From Candidatus Heimdallarchaeota archaeon (lineage in GTDB: Archaea; Asgardarchaeota; Heimdallarchaeia; Hodarchaeales; Hodarchaeaceae): DNA of 64,000 bases. The position numbers and the translations under genes were made by a program. The stretch lies in the NCBI GenBank assembly GCA_011364965.1, contig RDOB01000007.1, positions 32,001 to 96,000 on the forward strand, written 5' to 3'. Below are positions 19,646-30,160 of this stretch, in pieces (position 1 is the first letter of the stretch; each line of letters starts with the position of its first letter). The notes beneath the pieces were generated by a model, which saw nothing but the letters and a program-made list of their open reading frames with translations, searched no databases and was not told the DNA's origin.

Positions 19646-19948
19646 ATGAAAATTCCCGCTAAAATGCGTACTTACTGCCCCAATTGCAAGAAACATACTT
19701 TCCAAGACGTGAAGATTGAGAAAGCGAGGCAGAGAGGAGGCGGAATGGGCCATGGAAGTCGGAGATCGGAAAGATGGACAAGTAGGATTGGAAATCACGG
19801 TCGTTATTCTCGAAGGCCAATTGCTTCACGTAATATGACATCTAAAACTACCAAAAAAGTGGATTTACGAACTACATGTACAGAATGCGGAAAGAAATGG
19901 ATTCGAAGTAGACCCAGAGCAAGACGAACTGAGTTAAAACGAGTATAG
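19646..19948 (+). CDS. rpl44e: 50S ribosomal protein eL42 (L44e)
   Basis: MKIP...TYCPNCKKHT, KTTKKVDLR..CTECGK. Confidence 0.97.
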   Translation: MKIPAKMRTYCPNCKKHTFQDVKIEKARQRGGGMGHGSRRSERWTSRIGNHGRYSRRPIASRNMTSKTTKKVDLRTTCTECGKKWIRSRPRARRTELKRV

Positions 19949-19981
19949 AGTCATTTGTATAAATTAGGAAGTATTCACCAA

Positions 19982-20350
19982 ATGGATGAGAAAGAATCAC
20001 CATCTGAGACAGATTCTAACTCCCCAAATCAACCGTCAACACAAGACTCTTCTGCCAAGACTACGATCGATGAACCACAAACTATCATTGAACAGCTCGG
20101 CCGAACTAAAAAAAGAATATTGATTGAATTATATCGAGATTCGGTTGGATATAAACGATTAAGTAAAATGATAGGTGTTGGACTTGATACAGTTAGGAGT
20201 CATATCCGAACTGGTAAATATAGTCGCTCATTACTTGAATTAGGGCTTGTAGAACGAGGTGAACAAGGATGGCAATTAACACCTCTAGGATTACAAGTAA
20301 CGGAGCTTTTACAACAAGACAGTGAATTCAAAGCCTTTTTTTTCGAGTAA
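19982..20350 (+). CDS. winged-helix/HTH protein
   Basis: LSKMIGVGLDTVRSHI and LLELGLVE...WQLTPLG. Confidence 0.7.
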   Translation: MDEKESPSETDSNSPNQPSTQDSSAKTTIDEPQTIIEQLGRTKKRILIELYRDSVGYKRLSKMIGVGLDTVRSHIRTGKYSRSLLELGLVERGEQGWQLTPLGLQVTELLQQDSEFKAFFFE

Positions 20351-20554
20351 TAACTCCTCTTCAGAGTCATCTTAATTAAATGATGATTTTAGTTTTCTTT
20401 AAGCGTCAAAAGAACTCTAAAAAATCATGGGAAAGAATTTAAAAACAAGCTTGGGTTCAATTAGTGCGGATATCACTTCTCTAAAGCACTTCATTGATAA
20501 TCTATAGCCTGTAAATGATTGTTATAAAAAAGATCGATGATTAATCCATGAGAA

Positions 20555-20653
20555 AGCGGCTTAGGGTAGCTAGGTTATCCCGCGGGGCTCATATTACGTT
20601 CATATGCGTATGAGAGACCCCGAGATCGGATGGTTCAAATCCTCCAGCCGCTA
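20555..20653 (+). tRNA. initiator tRNA-Met(CAT) with canonical 37/38 intron (20594-20616)
   Basis: A1-U72 pair, G-C-rich anticodon stem CGGGG/CCCCG, BHB CTCA-TAT / TGAG-AGA. Confidence 0.92.
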
Positions 20654-20921
20654 TTACTCTTCTTTAATTCTTAAAGTAACTCGAACAGAGGGTTTGAGAA
20701 ATGATCAATTACCGAAATTAGCTAAAGAGATATCTTAAACCAAATTTTTGATGTCTGAGACATGATTTTTTCTGAAAAAAAAATTATTAGTGATCGTTTA
20801 TTGATCATAGATAAATAAAGGCACACTAGATAAAAAACCTAAGAGATTTCACATTCCTAGTTCTACTATAGGAACTTTTTTTAACAAGATAATTAGTAGG
20901 TAAACATGGGAATCAAGGATA

Positions 20922-21170
20922 GTGGTGAAGCAAATATCTGATATTAATGGTTCTATAAATCAAAGAAAAAAGAAGAAAAAATCATTTTGGTTCGAATATG
21001 CGGAAGAAAAAGGATTAGATCCTCATAAATCTGCATGGGCTGAATTTGACAAAAAAGAAAAGGAACTTTTGACTGCAGAGAAGGTCAGATTTTGTAGTAC
21101 ATGTGGAGCTTCATTAAAAATGGATTCACGTTTTTGTCAGAGATGTGGATCAAAAATACACAGAATTTAA
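20922..21170 (+). CDS. small zinc-ribbon protein
   Basis: FCSTCGA...FCQRCGS. Confidence 0.7.
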   Translation: MVKQISDINGSINQRKKKKKSFWFEYAEEKGLDPHKSAWAEFDKKEKELLTAEKVRFCSTCGASLKMDSRFCQRCGSKIHRI

Positions 21171-21197
21171 TATCTTAATTCTCTATATTTTTAAGAT

Positions 21198-21374
21198 TTA
21201 TCGTTCCCGTTGAAATTCAGGTTGACCTACAGGAATCTCGCGCTCAATACGCTTGACATAATTCTTTTTATTCCGTAAGATTGGTGTTAAGCCTTTTTTT
21301 GTACGTGCTTCAACCTTAGGTGTTTGATTTCTGACTTTCCCAGCTTTTGTAAGTGAACCGTGACTACCTGCCAT
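21198..21374 (-). CDS. rps30e: 30S ribosomal protein eS30
   Basis: [18 protein letters not shown]; start is ATG 21374. Confidence 0.97.
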   Translation of the reverse strand: MAGSHGSLTKAGKVRNQTPKVEARTKKGLTPILRNKKNYVKRIEREIPVGQPEFQRER

Positions 21375-21628
21375 AATAATGATCCTTCTTGATTCAAATA
21401 ATACAGGTACAGTCACCTTACTTTGGATTTTTAACCTTTATACAAAAAGATTGAATTTCTTTGGAAAATTCATAATTTTTAAGGGAAGATAGATTTATGA
21501 GTAAGATGCAGTTTTATTCTTGAACTAACGCAATATGTAGCCATAGAACATAAAAAATGCCTGAAATTTCTAAACTATAGTTTTAAAGAGATTTTGATTT
21601 ATAATAATAAAGGAGATGTTGCAACTTC

Positions 21629-22498
21629 ATGGAAATTGATTATAAAGCTTTCAAGCTTAAAGTTACTCCACAAGAGATAGCACAATTAATTGATCATACA
21701 AAATTAAGTGCGTGGGAGGGACCTGGGAGCATAATAAATTTATGTAAAGAGGCACAGCAGCATAATTTTTTCTCTGTTTGTGTCAATTCAAGTTATGTCT
21801 CCTTGGCAGCTCAATCTCTAGAAAATTCGGATGTTAAGGTCTGTTCTGTCGTTGGGTTTCCCCTTGGAATGATGGATAGCGAATCAAAGGCATTTGAAAC
21901 TAAAAAAGCTGTGAAGGACGGAGCAGATGAAATTGATATGGTTATAAATGTTGGAAGATTGAAAGATGGCGACACTGATTTTGTTAGATCGGATATTGAA
22001 TCCGTGGTTACAGCTGCTAGTAATGCACTTGTGAAAGTTATCATTGAAACCTGTTATTTGACAGATAAAGAAAAAATTGAAGCTTGTACAATATCAAAGG
22101 ACGCTGGAGCTCATTTTGTAAAAACCTCCACAGGTTTTGGAGTATATGGGGCATTTCCATATGATATAAAATTAATGCGAAAAACTGTCGGCCCAAATAT
22201 TGGAGTGAAGGCTGCAGGGGGCATCCGAAATTTCTCTGATGCAGCAAGAGCAATAATTGCAGGAGGTAATACTTTAGATCCATTGAAATTCCGACTTGGT
22301 GCTAGTGCTGGGATTAATATCATGAACAATCTGAAATGGATGGCGTTAAGTGACCACTGGATAATCGATGAGATTCCTTGTCACCTATGCCCCACAAGGT
22401 CTGCTACATTCGGAAAAATGTCTGAAGCACATTATTCGTACCATAAAGAGAAATGTCAAACATGTGAATTCATTGAATATAACTTATTTTATGATTAG
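21629..22498 (+). CDS. deoC: deoxyribose-phosphate aldolase with Cys-rich C-terminal extension
   Basis: IDHTKL, VVGFPLG, EIDMV, FVKTSTGF, VKAAGGIR. Confidence 0.96.
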   Translation: MEIDYKAFKLKVTPQEIAQLIDHTKLSAWEGPGSIINLCKEAQQHNFFSVCVNSSYVSLAAQSLENSDVKVCSVVGFPLGMMDSESKAFETKKAVKDGADEIDMVINVGRLKDGDTDFVRSDIESVVTAASNALVKVIIETCYLTDKEKIEACTISKDAGAHFVKTSTGFGVYGAFPYDIKLMRKTVGPNIGVKAAGGIRNFSDAARAIIAGGNTLDPLKFRLGASAGINIMNNLKWMALSDHWIIDEIPCHLCPTRSATFGKMSEAHYSYHKEKCQTCEFIEYNLFYD

Positions 22499-22514
22499 GA
22501 AAGGAAAGTTAAAA

Positions 22515-24281
22515 ATGAAGAATTATAATCTATTACGCTGCAATTTAACTGATAGAACAGTAAAGCCCGAAAAGATCTCTGAAGAGATTCTAAAATTGTA
22601 CATTGGAGGCAGAGGTCTTGGTGTGAAAATCCTGTGGGATGAAGTACCTCCAAAAACTGATGCTTTAAGTGAAAATAACAAATTAATTTTTTCAGTTGGC
22701 CCACTTACTGCAACTTCCGCTCCGACGTCAGGACGTTTTTCTTGTGTGTCAAAGTCTCCTTTAACAGGAACGATATTTGATGCTAATTCAGGTGGACGAT
22801 TTGGATTTGAGCTAAGAGGATTAGATATTTTAGCACTTATAATTGAAGGAAAAGCTTCAGAATTAAGTTATTTATACCTAAATGCAGAATCAGGTATATA
22901 CGAATTACGCTCTGCATTAGAATTTAGTAAAAAGGACACTTGGATAACAACAGATCAATTGATTGAACAAACAGACTCACAAGCAAAAATTGCTTGTATA
23001 GGTCCAGCTGGAGAAAATAAAGTTTTAACTGCTTGTATAATAAACGATAAAGGACATGCTCTAGGTCGAGGAGGATTAGGTGCCGTTATGGGCTCAAAGA
23101 ATTTGAAAGCAATCGCCATAAGAGGTAATAAACTAGAAAAAAACGATGAACTTAAAGATGTTTCAGATGAATTGCACTTGGCCTTAAGAAAAAATCCCGT
23201 AACAAAATCTGCATTGCCTGTTTTCGGTACCCCAGTATTGGTTAATGTAATTAACGAATTAGGAATGTTTCCAACCAAAAATTTCCAAGAGGGAGTGTTC
23301 GATGATGCTCCTGGTATTTCAGGAGAGAAATTACAGGAATTATATGTTGTCCGAAAACACGCTTGTGCGGGGTGCACTATAGCATGTGGAAGAATCACAA
23401 AGTTAACTGAGGAAAAACAAGGAAAAGGACCCGAGTTTGAGACAATATGGGCATTTGGCTCTCAAATAGCGAATAACAACTTGGCGTTAATATGTGAGTT
23501 GAACTATTTATGTAATCAGGTCGGATTGGATACAATTTCAACTGGAAATACCATCGGTTGTGCAATGGAATTAGCTGAGGCCGGATTACTCCCCGATTTT
23601 CCAAAATTTGGAGAAACTGATAAACTTATGGACATAATCAAGGAAATAGCATTTAAGAGAGGAATGGGTTTAGATTTAGGTGAAGGTTCGAAACGTTTTG
23701 CTGAAAGATATGGTAAACCAGAATTATCAATGAGCGTTAAATCACTTGAAATACCTGCTTATGATCCAAGAGGAGCACAAGGGCAAGGATTGGCCTATGC
23801 AACCTCAAATCGTGGCGGTTGCCACTTAAGGGCATATATGATTAGTACAGAAATACTTGGAAACCCAATTCCAATGGATCGTTTCACTCCTCAAGGAAAA
23901 GCGGGGATTGTTCGCGTTTTTGAAGATTTATCTGCGTTCGTAGATTCCTTAGTTCTCTGTAGATTCTCATCTTTTGCACTATCAGCAATCGATTATGCTC
24001 GATTATTATCTGTCATATATAAAATAAAATATACAGAATCCGATGTGATGCGTATAGGGGAACGGATCTGGAATTTAGAACGCCTTTATAACGTGAAAGC
24101 TGGATTCGGTGCGAAAGATGATCAATTACCTCCTCGATTATTGACAGAAGTACATAAAATCGGGGGTTCAAGAAATAAAACTGTAATGTTAAATCAATTA
24201 CTCCCCGAATATTATAAATTAAGAGGTTGGAATGCAGAAGGAATTCCTGAACCATCAACTTTAGAATCTTTGAGTTTATGA
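22515..24281 (+). CDS. aor: tungsten-containing aldehyde:ferredoxin oxidoreductase
   Basis: GGRGLG, KSPLTG, GRGGLGAVMGSKNLKAI, CxxCxxxC, DTISTG; start is ATG 22515. Confidence 0.95.
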   Translation: MKNYNLLRCNLTDRTVKPEKISEEILKLYIGGRGLGVKILWDEVPPKTDALSENNKLIFSVGPLTATSAPTSGRFSCVSKSPLTGTIFDANSGGRFGFELRGLDILALIIEGKASELSYLYLNAESGIYELRSALEFSKKDTWITTDQLIEQTDSQAKIACIGPAGENKVLTACIINDKGHALGRGGLGAVMGSKNLKAIAIRGNKLEKNDELKDVSDELHLALRKNPVTKSALPVFGTPVLVNVINELGMFPTKNFQEGVFDDAPGISGEKLQELYVVRKHACAGCTIACGRITKLTEEKQGKGPEFETIWAFGSQIANNNLALICELNYLCNQVGLDTISTGNTIGCAMELAEAGLLPDFPKFGETDKLMDIIKEIAFKRGMGLDLGEGSKRFAERYGKPELSMSVKSLEIPAYDPRGAQGQGLAYATSNRGGCHLRAYMISTEILGNPIPMDRFTPQGKAGIVRVFEDLSAFVDSLVLCRFSSFALSAIDYARLLSVIYKIKYTESDVMRIGERIWNLERLYNVKAGFGAKDDQLPPRLLTEVHKIGGSRNKTVMLNQLLPEYYKLRGWNAEGIPEPSTLESLSL

Positions 24282-24325
24282 AAACTAATCCTTTTACTAA
24301 TACAAATTTTCGATGATGCATAGCA

Positions 24326-25282
24326 ATGAAAGTAATTAGAGGATTTTCTAAGAAATCTGGGTATGACTGCTCAATTTGCCATCATAAATGCTGTGCAACG
24401 GAGTTTGACCTTCCCTTACTACCCCATGAAAATGATAAAATTCGCCAAGTATATCCTCATTGGGCAAAATTGATTAAAAAAGAAAATAATTATCATAAGT
24501 TAATGCGAGGAGATAGTTGCCCTTTTTTAAGAGTAAATGGCCATTGTGAACTTCATTCAACTAATTTAAAACCCCTAATATGCCGTATATATCCGTTGAT
24601 TATTTCTCGTATCGACAATAACTCTGTATTGATCTGGATTGACCCTTGTAGGGGAAATGGTTTCAACTGGGTAGCGGGTGTGTCCCATCAGATAAAGAAT
24701 GACGAGATAGTAAAATTATTGCAGGAACTCATACCTTATTTTACAGATTACATAGGAGATGAGTATAACAATGATAATCCTTATGCTGATGTTCGAAACG
24801 CACGGATAAAAGAAGAAGAAGTGTTTTTCGAAAAAACAAGGCCTACAACTAATTACTCGTTATTAACATCAGGATTAAAACAATGCAAGTCTTATCTAGA
24901 TACAGAGACTGAAATGCTCACCCAGCTTAATTCTCAACTCAATAAAAAGGATCGCTTAATCGAGATACTCGAATCTGTTTTTCATTGGTTATCTTGGAGT
25001 CCAGTGGGATTAAATTTGTCATTCCCTAATTCGAAAGTGATATTCAGCATAGCTGCAGCATGGGTCTATTCATGGAGTAGAGAATTAGGAGAGACTTATG
25101 TTAAGCACAAAGAAAAACAGGATATTTACAACAAAATGGGATCAATATTAGCAACTGCTATTCTTCCGTCATTCTGGTACCAATTTTCAATTGCAAGTGA
25201 TGATAAATATCTTAAGACATTTTCAGGGAAGATTATTCAGGTTTTGAAAGGAAATCTGCCTCAAGATAACCTATTAGGCTAG
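24326..25282 (+). CDS. YkgJ/UPF0153 CxxCxxCC cysteine-cluster protein
   Basis: CSICHHKCC, CPFL, C.LH, KPLICRIYP. Confidence 0.85.
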   Translation: MKVIRGFSKKSGYDCSICHHKCCATEFDLPLLPHENDKIRQVYPHWAKLIKKENNYHKLMRGDSCPFLRVNGHCELHSTNLKPLICRIYPLIISRIDNNSVLIWIDPCRGNGFNWVAGVSHQIKNDEIVKLLQELIPYFTDYIGDEYNNDNPYADVRNARIKEEEVFFEKTRPTTNYSLLTSGLKQCKSYLDTETEMLTQLNSQLNKKDRLIEILESVFHWLSWSPVGLNLSFPNSKVIFSIAAAWVYSWSRELGETYVKHKEKQDIYNKMGSILATAILPSFWYQFSIASDDKYLKTFSGKIIQVLKGNLPQDNLLG

Positions 25283-25288
25283 GAATTA

Positions 25289-26422
25289 CTAATTATCGTC
25301 AAAATCAGAGGGTAAGCCGATCTGTTTGATCAGAATATCACTAAGTTTATCTGTACGTGGTTTTGACTCTAAAAGGAAGTCCTCTAAATTTGTCTCAACC
25401 TGTTTAAGGACAATTCTCTCTTCAGGATCGAGGTTTTGGAAATCAATATGGTACTCAAAGAATTTACAAGCGAGTTGAGGCATCCTGGTCAGCTTGTGAA
25501 TTTCCTCATCCGTTAATAAACGAATTCGATGTAAAGTTTCCAGCACCCTTTGATCAAAAATATTTGTACTAGGATGAATAATCGCTGTTAGATAGCTTCT
25601 TCCTTGGGTGATATCATCTTCATCCATCCAAATATCTGAACCAAGTGACCACATTTCATAATCTATTCCCCAAATATGTTTAGTTTTATTCTTGTCATCT
25701 GTTTGCACAAGATAATTACCTGCATTGCGATCAGGATCATTCAGCCATATATCAAATGGTAATAGGGTAAAACCATCGTTAATTTCTCGAATAGAAATGA
25801 AAGCAGAGTCTAAATCCCCATTAAAAGAGTCTAAATATTCGTCTAAGTTCATAGAATTGGATATTTTTTCAGTTAGCAATCCCAGAACTGTACTTGGATC
25901 ATTATCTTTACTTCTCTGAGCAAGTTGGGATTCAAAGCGCTTAGATGTTTTTAAAATAAAACTCTCACGTGAGCAAAGTTCGTAATATTCATCCGCTGTC
26001 TCTGGCCCCCCATCTTCATCAAGAATCACTACATTCCCCAAACTAAGCCTAGTTGATGGTTTTAAGACAATATCACTAATCTTTTGAGAACAGATTAGAA
26101 TAACTTCAGGGACATTAAGTTTTAATTTTTCACCTAATCTCGCTGCAGTTAATTCATTAAAAACCCGCCAGAGATGCATCCGAGATTGACTATCCTCGGG
26201 GGATGCCTTAATATCAACCTCTAAGTCGAGAATTTTCTCCATTTCAAAATCGATAATATTAGAAAAAGTTTTTAGAAGCCAATCTTTCCCATGTTCATCG
26301 GTTAAAATGATAGCTTTTCCATGTTGTCCTGCAGCAGCTAAGGTTTTCTCAGTAATGCAGAAACGATTTATAACCTGACCTGCCTTTTCTGAATCATAAA
26401 TAACTAAATCCCAGTCTTTCAA
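25289..26422 (-). CDS. HipA-like / PI3-PI4-kinase-fold kinase
   Basis: WLLK, NELTAARLG..L.L.VP, FDIWLNDPDRNAGNYL, IDYE. Confidence 0.75.
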   Translation of the reverse strand: MKDWDLVIYDSEKAGQVINRFCITEKTLAAAGQHGKAIILTDEHGKDWLLKTFSNIIDFEMEKILDLEVDIKASPEDSQSRMHLWRVFNELTAARLGEKLKLNVPEVILICSQKISDIVLKPSTRLSLGNVVILDEDGGPETADEYYELCSRESFILKTSKRFESQLAQRSKDNDPSTVLGLLTEKISNSMNLDEYLDSFNGDLDSAFISIREINDGFTLLPFDIWLNDPDRNAGNYLVQTDDKNKTKHIWGIDYEMWSLGSDIWMDEDDITQGRSYLTAIIHPSTNIFDQRVLETLHRIRLLTDEEIHKLTRMPQLACKFFEYHIDFQNLDPEERIVLKQVETNLEDFLLESKPRTDKLSDILIKQIGLPSDFDDN

Positions 26423-26482
26423 AACTTACCACTCACACATTTAGGTGAATGGAAATATAAAGAGCAAATGAAATTAAAAAAG

Positions 26483-28600
26483 TTAACTGATCGGTGTTCC
26501 ATTTGAAACATCGATATCTGGAACTAATAATCCCAAATTCTCTCCATCAACAGCAGCGAGTAACATACCTTCAGACCGAACCCCACGAATAGTTGCAGGT
26601 TCTAAATTGACAACCACAACAATTCGTTGGCCAACTAGCTTTTCAGGGACTCTATGGGTTGCTATACCAGCGACAAGCTGTCTTATTCCGATCTCTGGAC
26701 CAAGATTAACCTCTAGTTTCAATAATTTCGTTGCTTTCGGAATTAGTTCTGCTTTTACAATAGTACCTACTCTCAAATCAAGCTTTTGAAAATCTTCAAA
26801 GGGAATAGTTTGAGTTTTATCTTTCATTTTGATCTTTCCTTTAAATTCTTTATTCTTTTGAGGTTTATTGAGTTGTACGAGTTGTTTTTGTAATTCATTA
26901 ATATCTATCTTGGCAAAGAATGGTTTAGTCTTTTTTACTTGTTGTCCAGGTTTTAAAATTAATTTTCCTGCTTCACTAAGTTGCTGGGATGCTGCAGTTC
27001 CCTCTAAATTAAGGGCGTTCCAGAGCTTTTCAACTGTTTCAGGAATGATGGGAGAAAAAATAATGGCTAAAGTCCGTAAAGACTGAGCGCACAAAGAGAG
27101 AGTCGTGTCAACAGCAGTGGGATCAGTATCAATTAATTTCCAAGGTTCTTTTGCACTAAGATAGGCATTTGCCGTGCGTGCGAAATCCAACATGGCCCCA
27201 ACCGCTTTTTTATATTCAAAATGATCAAACTGGTCAGCAACAAGATCAGGGACCTTATGGATAGAATCAACAAAGTCACGATCTAACTCATCAAGTCGAT
27301 GGCATTCAGGAATCTTACCTTGATAGAATTTTCGTAGTAAAACAAAGATTCGATGAATATAATTACCTAGGACATCATTCAGGTCAATATTAACTCTTTG
27401 TTCAAAATCCTCCCAAGTAAACGTTGAATCACGAATTTCAGGCCTTGTAGCTGCTAGGTAATACCGCCAGTAATCTGTAGGTAATAATTTGGCTGCATCA
27501 TCGATCCAGATCCCGATGCCCCGAGATTTACTAAATTTATCCTCTTCAAATAATAAAAATTCAGTTGTACTGACATTATATGGCAATACAAAGGGCTTAC
27601 CATACGAATCTTCGACCCCTAAAAGAAGCGCAGGGAAGAGCAAAGTATGGAAAAATATATTATCTTTACCAATGAAAAAAATAGTTTTTGTATTTTGATT
27701 AAGCCAATAATCCTTCCAAAAATCAGGATTCAAGTGATCTTGTTCACCAAGAGCAGCAGAAGCAGATACATAGCCCAGAACAGCTTCTAACCATACATAA
27801 ATGGATTTTCCTTCTGCTCCTGGAATCGCCTTTCCTGCAGGAATACCCCAATCAAGGTCTCGAGTTAATGCTCTTGGGGCTAAACCTTCATTCAGGATGT
27901 TTTCTGAAAATTTACGAGCATTCTCAGGAAGTTGTTTATTATTTTGAATATAGCTTGAAAGCTGATCTTGGAAAGCACTGAAATTATAATACCATTGATT
28001 GCTTTTTTTCACAATAGGCGTATTTCCACAGATTTTACACACAGGATTAATTAATTCGACAGGATTAAGAGGTTTTCCACAAGCAGGAGCATCACACTGG
28101 TCACCACGTGCACCGCTAACCCCACAGTGAGGACAAACACCTTCAACAAATCGATCAGGTAAATATCTTTGATCCTGAAGACAATAAAGCTGTTCTACCT
28201 CTTCAGAATAGATATAACCATTTTTAAAACATCTATTGTAAAAATCTTGAACCCAAGAGTAATGGAAAGGGTCAGCAGTTGTTCTATAATTCAATCGGAC
28301 ATTCCATTGATCAAGTAGATCGAGAATTCGCGAATGATTCCGCGCAACTAATTCTTGAGGTGGAATTCCTTCACGAATTGCCGAAACCTCGATAGGAGTC
28401 CCATGACAATCAGATCCCGTTGCAGAAATAACATCTGCGCCACGTAATGTGAGGTAACGGACATAGATGTCGGCACTAAGAAGATGCAAAACAGTTCCTA
28501 GATGAGGAATTGCATTTACATAGGGCCATGCAGGGCAAATAACAAATTTTTGGGCTTTTAGATCTTCCAAACTAGTCACATCCTTCGTGTTGAATATCAA
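26483..28600 (-). CDS. metG: methionyl-tRNA synthetase with C-terminal tRNA-binding domain
   Basis: PYVN..PHLG, Zn knuckles, GKDN, KFSKS, DLRVG...SEGMLLA. Confidence 0.98.
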   Translation of the reverse strand: MIFNTKDVTSLEDLKAQKFVICPAWPYVNAIPHLGTVLHLLSADIYVRYLTLRGADVISATGSDCHGTPIEVSAIREGIPPQELVARNHSRILDLLDQWNVRLNYRTTADPFHYSWVQDFYNRCFKNGYIYSEEVEQLYCLQDQRYLPDRFVEGVCPHCGVSGARGDQCDAPACGKPLNPVELINPVCKICGNTPIVKKSNQWYYNFSAFQDQLSSYIQNNKQLPENARKFSENILNEGLAPRALTRDLDWGIPAGKAIPGAEGKSIYVWLEAVLGYVSASAALGEQDHLNPDFWKDYWLNQNTKTIFFIGKDNIFFHTLLFPALLLGVEDSYGKPFVLPYNVSTTEFLLFEEDKFSKSRGIGIWIDDAAKLLPTDYWRYYLAATRPEIRDSTFTWEDFEQRVNIDLNDVLGNYIHRIFVLLRKFYQGKIPECHRLDELDRDFVDSIHKVPDLVADQFDHFEYKKAVGAMLDFARTANAYLSAKEPWKLIDTDPTAVDTTLSLCAQSLRTLAIIFSPIIPETVEKLWNALNLEGTAASQQLSEAGKLILKPGQQVKKTKPFFAKIDINELQKQLVQLNKPQKNKEFKGKIKMKDKTQTIPFEDFQKLDLRVGTIVKAELIPKATKLLKLEVNLGPEIGIRQLVAGIATHRVPEKLVGQRIVVVVNLEPATIRGVRSEGMLLAAVDGENLGLLVPDIDVSNGTPIS

Positions 28601-28776
28601 TCGTTAATCCCAGGCACCATTGAACCTGAATCCGTTGCTCGCGAAGAAAAAAAGGTTTTATCAGTGCAATCTGAGACAACTGACGACAACATAGAGGGAT
28701 GCGTGAAATTAGAAGAGAGAAACTAATTTGAGTAAAGCATTTGGCAATCCCACACTGGTTATCGCCTCCAGTATCC
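28601..28776 (-). promoter_or_regulatory. putative structured 5' leader of metG
   Basis: TATA-like TTTATATT on the minus strand near 28790-28797; several stems and a U7 tract before the TTG start. Confidence 0.4.
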
Positions 28777-28809
28777 TTTTAATAATGTCAATATAAATGA
28801 CTTTCGATT

Positions 28810-29574
28810 ATGCCCAATATTGAAGTAATTTCATTTGATCTGTGGAATACACTTTGTTACGCCAAACGGCCAGTAAAGTGGGACATAGAAGCAGAAATAC
28901 AGGCACTCTGGAGAATGTTGCCAACAGCTCCCCGAGCAATAACAGTAGAGACATTTATAGAGGCATATAAAGCAAGATCAACAAGAATACAACCAGTAGG
29001 ATTAAAAACGAGTTACAAAGAGCAAAGGACTGATCAAATAGTATTAGATGTATTGAGGAAACTGGGACTTCTAGATACAGAGAAATTGGAAAAATTTGCA
29101 CAAGATTTGATCTCCGAGTACTTTAAGAGGCAATTAAAGTGGATCTACATCTATCCTGGAGTACATGACTTACTAACAAGATTAAAACAGAAAAATTACA
29201 CACTAATCTTGATCTCGGATCATCAGTGGCCTTCAGATGGAAATGCTGTTCTTCAAAAACATGATCTGAAGAAATATTTTACAAATGTAGTTTTTTCTGG
29301 GGAAATTGGATATCACAAGCCAAGTCCTCAAATTTTTCAAGCAGGAGTGAAAGGAATTAACCTTTCTAATCCAACAAAACTACTGCATGTAGGAGACGAT
29401 TACTATCGGGACATTGAGGGCATTATCAAGTTTGGTGGAAAAGCTGTATGGATAGACTCCTGGACGGACTCAGATTATCAACGAATGAAGGATAGAAGAC
29501 CAAAAATCACAAAGGAAAGATCAGAGGAAATAATTGCTATTATAAGGGATTTAAGGGAGTTTCCAGATGTATGA
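28810..29574 (+). CDS. HAD-superfamily hydrolase
   Basis: FDLWNTL, KP, HVGDD...DI. Confidence 0.92.
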   Translation: MPNIEVISFDLWNTLCYAKRPVKWDIEAEIQALWRMLPTAPRAITVETFIEAYKARSTRIQPVGLKTSYKEQRTDQIVLDVLRKLGLLDTEKLEKFAQDLISEYFKRQLKWIYIYPGVHDLLTRLKQKNYTLILISDHQWPSDGNAVLQKHDLKKYFTNVVFSGEIGYHKPSPQIFQAGVKGINLSNPTKLLHVGDDYYRDIEGIIKFGGKAVWIDSWTDSDYQRMKDRRPKITKERSEEIIAIIRDLREFPDV

Positions 29575-29883
29575 AAATCAAATCAGACAGAAAACATAAA
29601 AATGGTATGAAAGACCAGAATAAACAGAAATCCACCTCCCCTCAGGAAGAGAAATACAAGTAAAAACAAAGAAAAGCAATGGAATATACATACCAACACA
29701 TTATCTAAAAAATCTGTTGGAAAGAATTTATGATTAAGGGTTTCTTAAGATAGGAATAAGGAATAATAAAAGGGTAAACTTATCTTAAAAAAATGGTAAA
29801 AATTCCAATAAAATTTGTGAAAATTGAATAAATGAAAGCAAAAGGAACCGAACATAGAGAAATCATAAAAAATTAAAGAAAAA

Positions 29884-30160
29884 TGTTTTAAAGGAGAAGA
29901 AAAGAAAGCATACATGAGAGTGGAAAGACACGCTCACTCAACAAGATGATGAAACGAGTCTTGTAAAAGAAAAGTGGAGCCTTGGAGGAATAAAAACTCC
30001 CAAAAGGAGCTAAAATATCCAGAAAAATCCTTCCAAGAACCCCGACATGCAAACCATGGAGTCCTGGCTCGTAGAAAATTCCTTTTCTAATCAAGAGTCA
30101 GGATTCCCTCCCTCCCCCCTCCTTGTGCATTTTTAACCTTTCTTTTCTACATTAAAAACA
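29884..30160 (+). ncRNA. candidate structured ncRNA (multibranch, with C-box K-loop)
   Basis: Closing helix 29898-29908/30138-30148 encloses four hairpins; G-U pairs favour the + strand. Confidence 0.45.

Noticed and set aside
29888-30094. 68-aa minus-strand ORF
   Set aside because: No motif or SD; lies antisense to the structured region and is probably spurious.
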